A stretch of DNA of 64,000 nt, taken from Nageia nagi. Its lineage: Eukaryota > Plantae > Pinophyta. Numbering within the stretch: position 1 is the stretch's first letter; every line of letters starts with the position of its first letter. A model generated the notes under the pieces. It was not told the origin of the DNA, did not search any database, and worked only from the letters and a program-made list of their open reading frames with translations. The stretch is taken from positions 4,154,001-4,218,000 of the forward strand of contig JBITNC010000002.1 in the NCBI GenBank assembly GCA_050084985.1, written 5' to 3'. A program made the position numbers and the translations under genes. Of the stretch, positions 25,301 through 40,300 are shown one piece after another.

Positions 25301-28300
25301 TTTATTCATGACATTTATTTATATCTGTGATCAGTTTTGTCTAAGAAATTTTCAACCATACTGCAGGTTTTTCGTCCTGTTCTGAATATAAATGTCGAAT
25401 TTACTGCAGAGGATTTGGAAAATGCATTGATTACCCCGAACAGCTTGCTGGATGATATACACATACCATTATTGAAGGTGTGCAATTTTGTAGTGCTCCA
25501 CATTTCACATGTTTTATCTCCATGGTTTGACATTAAGTGTTGTTTGAATCTTTGAAAAATTATCATGACTTGCACAGAAACAATCAGTTCCAACCAAATA
25601 CAAGTGACTATTTTGGCAACTCAGATATTTAGCACTGACTGCCTAATTATCTTTCATGCTAATGGGATGGCCCACTTTCAAAATTTCACATGAACTGTTC
25701 AAGCAATCATCATTCCTGCCATTTGTTATTTACTCAAGCCTTAGTTGCTAGAATAAAATCGGCTGGTAGAATTTAGTATTTACCGATAGACTATTTTGCA
25801 AAAGTTTGGAGTAATATTTGCCATTGGAAATGAAGATTCTGGTCCTATTTTATCAAACAAATATCATTTACTTTGATAGTTGGCCTCTTTTTTTAAATAA
25901 AATGTATATAATCTTATGGAAATCTGAAAAAAACTTGAATTTACCAATTTATCACCAACTGAAGGCATAAACAAGAAGAATAAGGATATATAAGTGATTA
26001 ACAATGACGTTGAATAGGTTGTTAACTGCAAAAACATTTGTAACTAGTATGTTAAGATTTGTAAGTGCAATTAAGAAGTTTCTTCTACCATATTCACCGA
26101 CGTTCATGGTGAAATTCTAACTATCCATCTAAAGATTTTAAAACTAGACCTATTAAAGTCCCATGCTTTTGAAAATGTCAGAAGGTTGGCTTCATGAAAA
26201 TGTTTTAGTATGGCCAAGATTATTGCACAATTAGATCTGTTTCTTGTGAAAATGTGGAAGATGTGTATAGAGATCAACACAACAGAAATGAAAGAAGTAC
26301 ACAAAAGAAATGAAGAAAAAGAACCTTTACCTAAAGGAATCTATGGTACAAGACATTGATACTGACTCATGAGCTTTTTTGGACTCTTTAAAACACAGCT
26401 TCTCTGACTTGAAACAAATACACTACTGAGCTATCAATACATGTGTCATGAGCCTTGTGTTTCCTCCCTTCAGAAATGCAGTTACAGCAAACCCTCACAT
26501 TTCCTTATACAAAACTATGTATTTTACATATTTCCTTAAATAGTTCCAAAATATTTTCCTTTGGTATAGATTCCTGAAAGTCATCTAGAATGCAACTTCC
26601 ATGAATCTGTCACATGTTTTTAGGCTAAGTTGCAGGAAACCTGTAAAACAGCTGCATTCCCGTTTCGGCAATCTCTGGAAACTTGGAAACTTGTAAAGCC
26701 TTATGGAAGTTAATATAGATATGGTTTTCCTTCTAAAATGTTATTTATGTGTTTCATTCTTATATATTTGCAAGTTAATGTGGTATTTAAAAAAAAACAT
26801 ATATATACATATTTTTTTTGTTTTTAATTTTTTTCATATAACACTATTTCTACGATGTACCCTTTTTGGAAGGGTTATGTTTCCATTTCGAAAACTTGGA
26901 AAAACGTTTTCATGTTTCATGCAACTTAATTTTTAGGTGATTCTTTACATTGCTTAACATCTCCATTTCTCCCTCTCAACTCTCTCTTATTCTCATTAAT
27001 TGAAATAAAACTCAAGGTTTCCTTTTCAACCCTAAACAATCATATAAGTTTAAATTATTTTTTCAAGGTTCGTTCAAATCTGGTCCAAATTTGGTTCATT
27101 CTGAACCTTTTAGATTTGTTGAACTAGTTCAGTTTGGCTTAGTTTGTCCATTTGTATTCTTCAAAACTATTAATATATCTCTAATCAAAGGTATAAATAG
27201 AAGAGTCTTTTCTGAAACATTAATCTTTACACCTTATATGATATTATCATTGAATCCGAATGCTGCACCCACAAATATTTTAACACTTGCATATTTATTA
27301 TTTTTTAATTTATGTAATATCTAAATTGTTTTATTTTTTCCCTAAGTTACTGGATACGCCTGTAGAAGGGGTAGATACAAGTGCGATACACACCGGATAC
27401 GGATCTGGATTCGAACCTCATACAGATTCGTCCAAGGTACATTTTTTTAGAGTTGGATACGTCGTCGACGTACCTAGGATGTACCTGGGCGTATCAGGAT
27501 GAACCCACGATGTATCCAAGGCGTTTGGCAGATTTGTAAATGAAGTTTATCATTTTTTAATTGTTTTTTCTCCTTGATTTTGACCAATTGCACACAGGAA
27601 ACCCTAAAAGTTACCTCTTAAAGGCCTTGAGCCCTCTAAAGTTGTTCATTCTTGTTCATTTCTCTTGCAAACAACAAAGCTTTTTCCAAGCGGCTGAGCA
27701 TTGTCTTCAAAGTTGAAGAGTGATCAAAGGGAGTTGAACTTGATATTACTATTTTAATATTGAACTTGAAGTTTGAGCAATATTTCTCATGCATGTTTTA
27801 AATGACATTCATGTTTATGGTGGTTTTGTTGTTTATATCATGCTATGCGAGACTCTAATCTTAATTTCATGCTTCTAGGATGCAAATTTATGTTTATTTT
27901 TTACTTTTACATGGTTTTTGTATGGACGTAATCAAAGCATACCCAAAATCTAAAAAAACAATTTTGCCGAATCCGCGAATCGAACCAATGAACCCGAATC
28001 TAAACCCATACTCGAATCGGTAACTTAGATTTTTCTTAACTAAATTTTTATCTTTTTAAAAATAAAAACCTTCAAACTTCTTTCCATTTTCACTTAAATT
28101 TAACTTTCCATACCTGGTAAGTTGGTAACTATGATTCTAACCAAACCAGTAGATTGATCTCTTAACATCTTTTCAAGTTACAAAGAAATCCAATATACCA
28201 ATTAACAATTAACATGATAAATGACAAGAAGATAAACAGGGAAATATGAAAACTAAGATACATTGACCTTTATAAATTATGTTATTCTTAACCCAAATAA

Positions 28301-31300
28301 ACATGTCATTAAACCTTGCATGTTCATGATTATGTATTAGATGGTCATATGGTTTTTGGGGTTTTTGGAGAGTACCAATGGTTGTCTTGTTGGCCTAAAA
28401 AATTGCCTATCATGAAAATCTGGCACGTACATATTTTTATTCCCCATAAGTTTAGTATGAAAAGCTGCACAACATCCATTTCAACTATTATTGAAATATA
28501 TTTGCTTATTATTGAATAGATGGTGGCTATCCGTTCTCAGAAAGAGCATCTATAACATGACTGAATTCTATAGCACCAAAGAAATTTTGAGCACTTGCAA
28601 ATCAAGGACAACACTAGACAGCCATCTCCATATGCTATCCAAGACACAATTTATATCATTCTTTAGCTTAGTTTTTGTTTTATTAGATTAGAAGAGGGAT
28701 TTAATGCAATCCTAACTGAAATTCGGGGGTTTTTTAATAGGTATTGATCCCTTTTTACAAAGTTTTGAAGATATTACAATTGAGCTCATGAGAAAGATAT
28801 GGGCCTACAGATTTGAAAAAATTAACTGCCCTTACCAAGAAGCCAAAAAAATTCAAATTTGAGCCTAAAAACCAACCTACAAAAAATTCATCCACTCAAA
28901 GGAGTTATCTAATTTGAAACAAAGACAACAACCTTTTTGCCACCCAAAGTCAAAGTTTTGAAAAATTACAAACAAGGAGCAACAGTGGCTCTATAAAAAA
29001 TCCATCCTTCGTATGAAACAAGGGACTTCAAGTATACACTCTTTGCCCCTTTTGAGAATAAGGAAAATAAATTAGAGCTTAAAAGACCAAAGGAAACAAC
29101 CACAGGTTTTGAAACGGCAAAAATCGCTACTTGGGAAAACCTTCGCTCAAAGAGAAACTTGTCACGTACCTACCTCCAACACCCTATGTTGAGTTTGAGA
29201 TTGGTTCTCGTTCGTTCTTTAGAAAGTCCATGCTCTAAGGTTCGCCATTCCGATCCCTAAGTTGTTAGCTTCCACCTAGGCCATTGATGTGGGTCTTCAC
29301 GGGTTCCAACCAAGAGAAAGATGCTTTTTGGATCTTGCGAAGGCTTACGACCATCTTTGTAGCCCCTTTCGAAAGATTACCTTGTGGGCACCCAATCTCT
29401 CTATGCAGAAATCCTTCTAAGGACTCCTCAATCTTGGCATTTGGTCACTGAAACCCCAAATCGGATAGAAAACTGATCCATAAACTATAAGATTAAAATT
29501 TCAATTTAACCTTTTCTAAGGATCAATTCACACTTAAAACAATCAAGTGCTTGTAAAGGAAAATCAGGAACAAATTTGTAAACACAGAGAAGAGAAAAGC
29601 ATTCACCATAGAAAGAGACAAGCAAAATTATCCTGGTTCACCTAGTGTGGGCTACATCCAGCTCAAAAGCTCTCTACTATCAGTGGGTGGAATCACTTTA
29701 CAAGGCCTCCATGGTCCTTCAAAACCTCCTCTCACATTCACAACACACTCACAGCTCTGAAAATCACAACAAGAACTGAAAACAACTTTCCTGAAATCCT
29801 CCTCCTCCTCTCACGTCCAATTTTCTTCCCTTTTATACAATTTTGGGGGCTAAAATTGGAGAGTATTACAACTAGGAAATTCCATACAAAACCTATTTTT
29901 AGATACCCATTAACCTCCTTGATCTTCCTGTCAAATTTGAGCTCAAATGGTTGTAAAAATCTCCCCAAAATGAACTCTAAACAAGGCCTCCATGGTCCTT
30001 CAAAACCTCCTCTCACATTCACAACACACTCACAGCTCTGAAAATCACAACAAATCTGAAAACAACTTTCCTGAAATCCTCCTCCTCCTCTCACGTCCAA
30101 TTTTCTTCCCCTTTATACAATTTTGGGGGCTAAAATTGGAGAGTATTACAACTAGGAAATTCCATACAAAACCTATTTTTAGATACCCATTAACCTCCTT
30201 GATCTTCCTGTCAAATTTGAGCTCAAATGGTTGTAAAAATCTCCCCAAAATGAACTCTAAAATCGAAATAATACGCTCATTGGATTGTTTCAGGCTTACA
30301 GAATTAACTCAGCCTAATAATAGGACCTTAGGCGAATTAAAAATCACCATAAACCTTTGAAAACACCAAAATACATTAAAAAAACCTAAAATCGGGAGGG
30401 TGCACTGTGGTGACGACACGTGGCGCGCTTAGAGGAAGTCAACCTCCTGTTGACTGGCGGCTTGGCTGGCGATCAGGCGCGGTTGGCGGTCAGACGCGGT
30501 TGGCGGTCTCCACGCGGTTGGCGGTCAAACGTGGTCACCGCATCTCAATTCCCTGCGGGCCCCTCCGCCTCGTCACCTCCACGCGGGACTTGACCCGCCT
30601 CATCACCTCCACGCCGGCCTTGACTCCACGTAGGCCTGGTCACCTTCATGTGGTTTGGTGGGTCCCGCCAGAACATTTGAATATATATTATTTTTTTTAA
30701 TCCTTTTAAATTTTTTTTTTCTCAAACTACTCAAACTGAATTAATACCATATCTTCCACATACGGACTCGGATTCACGATCCGAAAGAAGCGTCGGAAAG
30801 CTAAAGACAAGGCGATCACAATGAACACACAGAAATGGAGATTACTGAATGTCGAAGGGATCCAAATTTTGGATCATTCCTCCCCACTGAGAGAGAGCTT
30901 TTGTCCCCAAAAGCATTTAGGATGATGAAATGAGGTGAGGGTAGAGCTCCCTCACCCGATCAACTGCATACCACTTGGCCTTGTGTGGATGTTGGCCTTT
31001 CACTCCAATACGTCACACCTCATGTATGCCACTACGAGATGATCGTTGCTTCTTTTCCAATACTGCATCCTCAACCAACACATTCATGTGCTCAGGGGCT
31101 AAATCCTCAACTGACAGTAACATAACATCTGTATTTTTTGCAACTAAGGCTGGTTCGTACAACTTCAAGTTCTCAACATTAATAACGGAATACATTTGCA
31201 TATAGGGTGGTAAGTCCAACCGAAACACATTGTCTCCAACTTGACCAATAATGGTAAATGGACCATACCTTATTGGTTTCAACTTCTTTCCCTTACCATG

Positions 31301-34300
31301 CTGTCTCTCCTTACTGAGATGAAGCCATACCTGATCCCCAACCTGAAATTTATGATCCACCCGATGACGATCATGCCTCTCCTTATACTTGGCCTGACTC
31401 TTCTCCAACTGTTCTTTTACCTTCTGATGAATCAATCTGATCCTCTCAATAAAATTCTTTGTCCGCTCCTCCTCATTATGAAGAACTATATCTCCATCAC
31501 TTGTTGAAACAAAAGCCATATCAAAAGGTGATTTTGGCAAATAACCAAAACAAGTCTCAAAAGGTGTTTTGTTAGTAGAAGAATGTAAAGCCCGATTATA
31601 TGCATGCTGTATATAGTTCAAATGCTCATCCCAAGTCTTAGGATGCTTACCACAATAACCCCGTAATAGGTGTACCATTGTCCTGTTTACCACCTCTGTT
31701 TGACCATCTGTCTGTGGATGAAATGCTGTACTCCTCTTTAGCTTAGTGTCCATCCTTTCCCACAAAGAAGTCCAAAATTTTCCAAGAAACCTGGAATCCT
31801 TGTTAGAAATGATAGAAGTAGGAAGACCAAAATATACCCACACATAAGTAAAGAAAAGATTAGCTGCCTCTTGACCTGTCACAGTCTTTTTACATGGGAT
31901 TAGAATACACATCTTACTGAATCTATCCACAACCACATATAAATAATCATGACCTCTTTTAGACATAGGTAAACCTCCAACAAAATCCATAGAAATACTC
32001 TCCCATGGTCGTGTAGGAATGGACAATGGCATATAAAGACCAAATTTCCTGTTATTGGGTTTGCTTACACTGCATAACATACAACCTCTGATATATCTGG
32101 ATACATTTTCTTGCATTTTAGGCCAGTAACAATACCTTTGTAGATTAGCAAGAGTTTTCCCAACACCAAAGTGCCCTGAAATACGAGAAGTATGAGCTTC
32201 CCTAATCAAATCATTCCTCTCACCATTAGGAATACAAAGTTTGCCCAAATGAAAAAGTAATCCATCATGCAAATGAAAGTCATGATTTCCAACTTCATTA
32301 CCAAGACTCAATTTATGATAGACATTTTGGAAATCAGGATCAACCACATATTGTTCTTTATACCCATCATGCATTAAAGAATTATTTTGTAGAATCACAA
32401 CACTGGCAACTATTGGAGGCCTAGACAACATATCATCAATTTTATTTTGAGTACCCTTCTTATACTTAATCACCAAATGAAATTGTTGCAAAAATCCCAT
32501 CCAACGAAAGTGTTTAGATTGTTGCAACTTAGATTGTGACTGAAGATATTGCAAGGGTTGATGGTCTGTATGAATTAGTCTCTTTACCTACCAAATAGTG
32601 CTTCCATTTCTTAACACTTTGAACTAATGCATACAACTCTTTGTCATATGTGGGATAGTTTCTTACCGCACTGGTAAACATTTCCGAGTGATAGCAAATC
32701 GGATGTTTTTTCTGCAATAAAACTGCACCCATAGCATAGTCACTTGCATCAGTCTCAATTTCAAAAGTTTTTTGAAGATTAGGCAAAGCAAGTACTGGAG
32801 CATTACTGATTTTCCTTTTAAGCAATTCAAAAGCATGTTGTTCTTTCCCTTCCCATTGAAATCCATGACTCTTTCCTGTAATTGCATGTAGTGGAGAAGC
32901 CATGTAAGAAAAGTTAGCAATAAACTTGCGTAAATACTGCATTGCCCCAAGAAAACTCCTAGTCTCTGTCACATTAGTGGGAGTAGGCCATTTCAACACA
33001 ACCTCAATTTTTGCAGGATCTATCCTCAATTGACCTTCACCTACAATGTGGCCAAGATAGATTAAACTCTTCCTGACAAACTCACACTTAGACATCTTCA
33101 AATAGAGTTTTGCTTCCCTTAAAACTTCAAACACTTTAGGAATATGTACCACATGATTTTTCCAATTATCACTGTAAATGAGAATATCATCAAGATACAC
33201 AATAACAAAATCATCAATGAAAGGCCTTAAAACTTCATTCATTACACGCATGAAAGTAGCAGGGGCATTGCATAATCCAAACGGTAAAACCAACCATTCA
33301 AACAATCCTTGCCTAGTTTTAAAAGCAGTTTTCCACACATCCTCTTCTTTAACTCGTACTTGATGATAACCACTTCTTAGATCCAATTTTGTGAAAAGCC
33401 TAGCTTTTTGTAATTGATCCATTAAATCATCAATACATGGCAAAGGATATCGATTTTTAACCGTGATCTTATTTAGTGCCCTGTAATCAACACACATATG
33501 CCAAGTTCCATCTTTCTTTGGAATTATAACAATAGGAGATCCACACGGTGATGTGCTAGGTCTAATGACTCCTTGATCTAACAATTTCTTCAGTTTCCAA
33601 AGCAGAATTTCTATATAAGCCAATATTAGGAAGTGCAACATCAGGATGCAATTGAATCTCATGTTGTATATCTCTTTTTGGTGGAAGTTCTTTAGGTACT
33701 TGAAATAAATCTTCAAATTCGGAAATTACCTCTTTTACTTATTCTTTGTATTGTGGTTCACAATCCTCACGTGCCTTTATGATTTCTACTTCATCTTGAG
33801 ATTTCACCATTGCAAGTACAAACATTTGTCCTGTATTGATTAGTCTCTTTGCTTGTCATGCAGTAATCAAAGAAATATCCTTTTTCTTGTTTTGATGAGC
33901 ACTAACCATGTATTCAATTCCATCTTTAATGAGTCTATATTTGTTTTCCTTTCTATAAAATAAAGCATCTCTTTCCCATAGATAAGGACTACCAAGCACA
34001 ATCCCACAAATATCCAAAGGAACAACATCAAGTAAAACTTCATCAATGTACTCCCTGTTAATCCCAAATTGCAACTTGCATTGTTGTGTTACCTTTAACT
34101 TTGAATTTTTATTAACCCATCCCAAAGGATATGGGTTTGGATGAGGTTGAGTAGTGAGTGCAAGTGATTTGACATACTTTTCTGCAATTAAGTTAGCTTG
34201 AGATCCAGAATCAAACAATGTATCAATCCTAGTTTTCTTAGCTTGCACCTTGATGTGAAAAAGTTCAATTTTCTTCTTTTCCTCATCTTCATTAGGTGTA

Positions 34301-37300
34301 TTATGCAAAACCATACATGCCATTTTATCATCTACATATGAACCATCTTCAATTTCCTTAGTAATAGTATTTGTTTGTTTCTTTTGACCTTTAGGTTTAG
34401 GGCGTAATTCAGGATGCAATTTCCAACATTTAGCCTCTAAATGACCTTCTTTTTGACAATGTGTACATACATCTTTAGACTTCTCTTTTTGTGTAGTAGA
34501 CGTAGTTTTCTTTTTCCCCTTTCCTTTGTTATTTTCAGAATCATTATTACTATTGTTATTGGAAGCATTTTTCTTTTTCCCATCCTTAATGAATTTTCCC
34601 CTTTCTTCTAAGTGAGTGGTTTGTACACAAACTTTATCCAAATCATTTGGATCAAATATCAATATTGTATGCCTTAAATAATTGTGCAAACCACCAATAT
34701 ACTTAAGAAGAGTATCTTGGGAATCAAGAGGAATACCTAGCATTGCAGCTTTTCTTCGGAATTCCGTAGTGTACTCTTGCACACTTTGCCCTTTGCCTTG
34801 ACGGAAAGTTTGCCATTCCATGACTGCCTTTTGTCGATAACCCAAAGGATAAAACTGATCTCTAAGCAATTGTACAAAATGGGTCCAAGAAGCAATACAA
34901 GCTTGAATTGATTCATTCTTACTTTGCAAACAACTTTCCCACCAAACAAGTGCATTACCACTCATTTTAAGAGTTGCTAATTGGATTTTATCCTCATCTC
35001 TTACAATTCTTTGAATTCTACAATATATCTCAATTTGTTTAATCCAATGGTCTAACTTCTCAGCATTCACTTCTCCAATAAAAGTAGGCAAATCAAATTT
35101 AACTTCCAATTTCAAAGGAGAACTTTGGAAAACACTATGTGTAACATCATTGTCAATTTTATTACCTTCACTAGTTTCACCTTCATTTTTCTTGTATTGT
35201 TGTTCTTGAAAGTGTTGGAATTGTAGAGACATCTTCTGGAACATTGTGGAGAGATCAGCAATTTGCTTTTCCACATTAGACCCTCCTTCATTGGCCATGG
35301 CTCCAAGCTCTCTTTGCTTCTTTAGCCAAACTCTAGAACCAATTTCTGGATCCTCCTCCACAAATTCTCCTTCTCCTTTCTTGCTTTGTGACCTGGTATA
35401 CATGCAAGAACACTTTCCAAACACCAACAACAATCTCAAAAATATAGGTTATCCCAATGATTTCAACTGCTCTGATACCAAATTTGATCCATAAACTATA
35501 AGATTAAAATTTCAATTTAACCTTTTCTAAGGATCAATTCACACGTAAAACAATTAAGTGCTTGTAAAGGAAAATCAGGAACAAATTTGTAAACACAGAG
35601 AAGAGAAAAGCATTCACCATAGAAAGAGACAAGCAAAATTATCCTGGTTCACCTAGTGTGGGATGCATCCAGCTCCAAAGCTCTCTACTATCAGTGGATG
35701 GAATCACTTTACAAGGCCTCCATGGTCCTTCAAAACCTCCTCTCACATTCACAACACACTCACAACTCTGAAAATCACAAGAACTGAAAACAACTTTCCT
35801 GAAATCCTCCTCCTCCTCTCACGCCAATTTGCTCCCCGTTTATACAATTTTGGGGGCTAAAATTGGAGAGTATTACAACTAGGAAATTCCATACAAAACC
35901 TATTTTCAGATACCCATTAACCTCCTTGATCTTCCTGTCAAATTTGGGCTCAAATGGTTGTAAAAATCTCCCCAAAATGAACTCTAAAATCGAAATTATA
36001 CGCTCACTGGATTGTTTCAGGCTTACAGAATTAACTCAGCCTAATAATAGGACCTTTGGCGAATTAAAAATCACCATAAACCTTTGAAAACACCAAAATA
36101 CATTAAAAAAACCTAAAATCGGGCGGGTGCACTGTGGTGACGACACGTGGTGCGCTTAGAGGAAGTCAACCTCCTGTTGACAGGCGGCTTGGCTGGCGAT
36201 CAGGCGCGGTTGGCGGTCAAACGTGGTCACTGCATCTCAATTCCCTGCGGGCCCCTCCGCCTCGTCACCTCCACGTGGGACTTGATCCGCCTCATCACCT
36301 CCACGCCGGCCTTGACTCCACGCAGGCTTGGTCACCTCCACGCGGTTTGGTGGGTCCCGCAAGAACATTTGAATATATATTATTTTTTTTAATCCTTTTA
36401 ATTTTTTTTTTCTCAAAATACTCAAACTGAATTAATACCATATCACTTACGGACTCGGATTCATGATCCGAAAGAAGCGTCGGAAAGCTGAAGACAAGGC
36501 GATCACAATGAACACACAGAAATGGAGAATACTGAATGTCGAAGGGATCAAAAACATAGAAAATTGCTATACAAGCCATGGAAGACAAATTGAGAAGATG
36601 AAGTTGATTGGTTTTAGTGACTCAGATTGGGGCAACAACTCAGATGATTGGAAGTCTACTTTTGGTAACTGTATCTCACTTGGACCGGGGCTAATCACTT
36701 GGAGTTCCAGTAACTCTCTTCCATCGAGGCTAGTACATTGCAGTCATTTCAACAAGAGCACAAGTCTTGTGGCTTCAAAAAGTTTTAGAGTAGATGAGAA
36801 GCAAGATGGACCTATTTTGATTTTTTGTGACAACATGAGTCCCATTCAGTTGGCAAAAAATCTAGTCTAATATAGCGAATCTAAACACTTTGATTTGAAA
36901 AATCATTTCATTCGTGACATAGTGGAGAAGAAACAAATTGCGCTAAGGTATTGTAGCATTCATGATCAATTGGTGGATGTATACATAAAATGAATGGCTA
37001 AAGATCAGTTTTTGAAGCTGAGAAACTCACTTGTGAGCCCTCTTAGCATCAAGGGGGAGAATGTTGGAAATTGACCTCAGTTGAATTGAAAATTTTGACT
37101 TCATTTACAATTTCTAGTTGGTTCTAATGAAACATGGTCCCCTTGATGAAATGCAAGCGCGTTTCACCTGAAACACAGTCCCTCTGATGAAACGCAAGTG
37201 CGTTTCATTTTTTGTGTGCGTAATTCCGAAATGTCAAGCCCTAGTGTATATGAGCTAAAATGTTGGTGCGTTCCTAGAGTTTTCTCTTTTCATGTTCTAG

Positions 37301-40300
37301 GCGTTATTTTTTGTTTGGTTTTCTAATTGTAGACATGAGACTCATTGTTTCATATTTTGGATTGTTTCTTCAATATCTAGATTGTAGTTAGACTGTTGTT
37401 TTCATTTTTGTTGAGTTAATTCAAGCATTTGATGTAATGTTATGCTATTGAAGTGAATATAGAACTCCATTATTATCCATTGTTGAGCTGGTTAATTGCT
37501 TGTATTTGCTCCATATTGTAAATATTCATTTATTTGTTTTGGTTGTAACCTTCAAGATTCACTTGCACACCTCAAATATTTACAAATATTTAAATCTCAT
37601 GAATCTCCTTAATTCAACCCTTATCTCCCAAGATAACCTTTTATACCCAACATTTCTTGACAATTGAGGGTGAAAGAAAAGAAAGAAAGAAATATATTAA
37701 TGTCCATGGGTGACCAAAAACGGTCAATAGGACTAGAAATTACAAAGATGAAAAAGTAGTCCATCATGACGTTAAAGAAAGGTCCATCCTTATGCCAAAA
37801 TAAAATAAACTAATAAAAGTTGATTAAACTCATACGAGAGGGATCAAAACCCTAACAAGGGAAGAAACGACCTTGCGATGGTCAAAAGGGGATTGTCCCC
37901 TTGAGCTTGGGGGGCATTTGTTCAACTAGGGAGGGGGGGCTACTGCTCGTTGTGTGTTGTGAGTGTGATGTCATTGGTGGGGGAAGAAGGATGAGATTCA
38001 TGGAATCCTTTTGGGTGCTTAGGCGTCCTAAAGGTGTCTTCTGATGCAACATGTAGTAGGATGATGAGGATAGTCCTCCCTTTGTCTTTTACAAGCTCTC
38101 TCCATTGAAGAGGCTTGAAAGAAAGATGTAATATGAAAAGCCGTTGTGAAGTGCTGAGAGTGGGATAGTAGGCAATTTCACAGAAGGAAGGCCTCTTGAA
38201 TGTAAAGGGCTAAGTAACGACGATCGAGGTATTGAAAGAAGATGGATAATGAATCTTGTGCATCTCAAAATAAACAATGATAATGGCCTCAAATTTCATA
38301 ATAGATTGAGCATTGGAAGATGAAATGATCCTCAAACTCGGTCTCAAGTTAGCATAGATGAGAAACTTATGGATCATGCGCTAGATGGTGGTTAGTCTCC
38401 ACTCTCAACTAATGCGAGAAAACCCTAAGTTTTCCGAGAAACATCCTCAACTCCTAAGGTAGGTGTAAGTTGATGTACCCAAGGTGGAGGATCAACCCTC
38501 TATCAATCACAAGAAATTGTTGAGAGTAGTGGGCCAACTTAGGCATGAGATGATGCTCAAGTGTTACCCAAGTAGTTTGTATGAAAGCCTTGTAGATTGT
38601 TTCTTTGATCTATGTCAAAGAATCTCATGGTGGATTAGAAGAGCTCTCTTGGGGCGTAGTTACCTTGTCATGAAAGAAACCAAAGCTTTGCAACATCTCA
38701 ATAGCCTTAGCAAACCAACACCAACGAAATCCCTAAGCAAGAAGATTGATCAAGAAAGCTAGATCCCTAGAGGGAAGCCTAATTGTAACTCCTTTTGGGC
38801 TTGATAACTATGTAAGTAGTAAAGAAAAAGGACCATAGAAGAAAAACAACCCAAATCTAGAGGGGCTTAACTGAACTCCGAACTCTGCAAACATGGTGAG
38901 GTGGGGGATTGTCCTCTTGCTCTGAATGGAGTGAGATAACATACTGACCAAGGTCCTCTCCATTGAAGCCCAATCTAGTCTCAGGTTGGGGCCCCATACC
39001 TCTACCCCATAAAGTATTGTGGGTGTAACCATGGTCTGGAAGAGCCAGAGCTTGGACGAAATATCCTGAAAATGTAGCTGGAAGCACTATTTCTCTAGAG
39101 TAGAAATTGATACATATCCTCTATGAACTCTCAATGGGGTTACCACCCTCATGGAGAATTTGGGGTCAGAGAAGAGTATTCCCAAGTAGGTGTAGGAGGT
39201 GGCGGTCTTAACAATACTAGCCTAGACAATGATCTAAGTTTACTACAAAGTGATCCTTGAAACATTGAAGGCTACAACCTACATTTTTCTATGATTCACG
39301 ACTAGCTCCAGTTTGGTACTGAAAGAGTCCAAAGTGTCCATCAAAACCTGTAAGTCCTTTGATGTGTGAGAAAGTAAACCTATATCATCAACAAAGAGGA
39401 GGATGGGAACCCGATTGTAATGTAGGAGGTAACCAATCTTAGGGTCAGTGGTCTCTAGGATGTAGGACTCTAGCTCTTCAATGTAATGCACAAAAAAAGT
39501 CGGAGAGAGAAGGAAACCCTGCTTCACTTCGATCGTGCTCAAACTGCTGTTCGAGAGGCCCTTGGTGCTATAGACTCGACATGACAAAGTCTTGTAGAGA
39601 GTCGATTTGGCTAAGAGGCCAATCTCAACAACTCCCATTGCTAAAGACTATCCATAAGCTTGTGTTGTGGAATTGTATCAAAGGCCTTCCTAAAGTTTAC
39701 AAAGCAACAAAAGACGAGGGTCTTCTAGAATTTGGCCTCCTCAATAATAGCGTTGAGACTAAAAATATGGTCAGAAGTGTGATAATATCTACAAAAACCT
39801 GCTTGATCTCATGCTTTGAAACCTCTATGTCTCCCATTTGGGAGATTTCCTCTAGGATGGTGGCATATAACTCGGTTAGTTGGGGTCATTGGATTTAAAG
39901 ATGGGATGGATGATGTTTGAGGTTCAAGGTGTGAGATCTTCACTTACGCTAATTATATTTAACAATATGAAGCCATAGCCCTAGGATCCTTTAGGTGTTG
40001 TATCTATTATGAAATTCAAAGAAGATACTATTGCTTGTTTAGAAACTTACGAGGTTTATTAGGTACCTTTTTTGCTATCTTGACCAAAGATGCTTGGTTT
40101 TGTACCTTAGGGAGACAATTACTAATAAGCGCCACATTATGAGGTATCATTCTAGATTGATCATTTTGTTCTTCTCTCATGTTGATTAAGAGAGACCGGA
40201 GAGACGTTATCTCTCCTCTAATGTTGCTACTAGAGTTGTGATCTGTCCTAGCAAGAACAGCTTCTCCCTCTCGTTCACGATTCAAGACATCTGGACCAAC

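Noticed and set aside
29738-30700. Several 60-120 aa ORFs repeated at 35663-36588
   Set aside because: They lie within the LTRs of F and recur only because the LTRs and the internal duplication repeat
33856-33858. Programmed stop read-through between protease and RT in F
   Set aside because: Related element A has a sense codon at the equivalent position and F has other lesions, so it is most likely a point mutation
36463-36870. 135-aa ORF as a novel gene
   Set aside because: Chance in-frame join of the F LTR end with a Copia RNase H remnant
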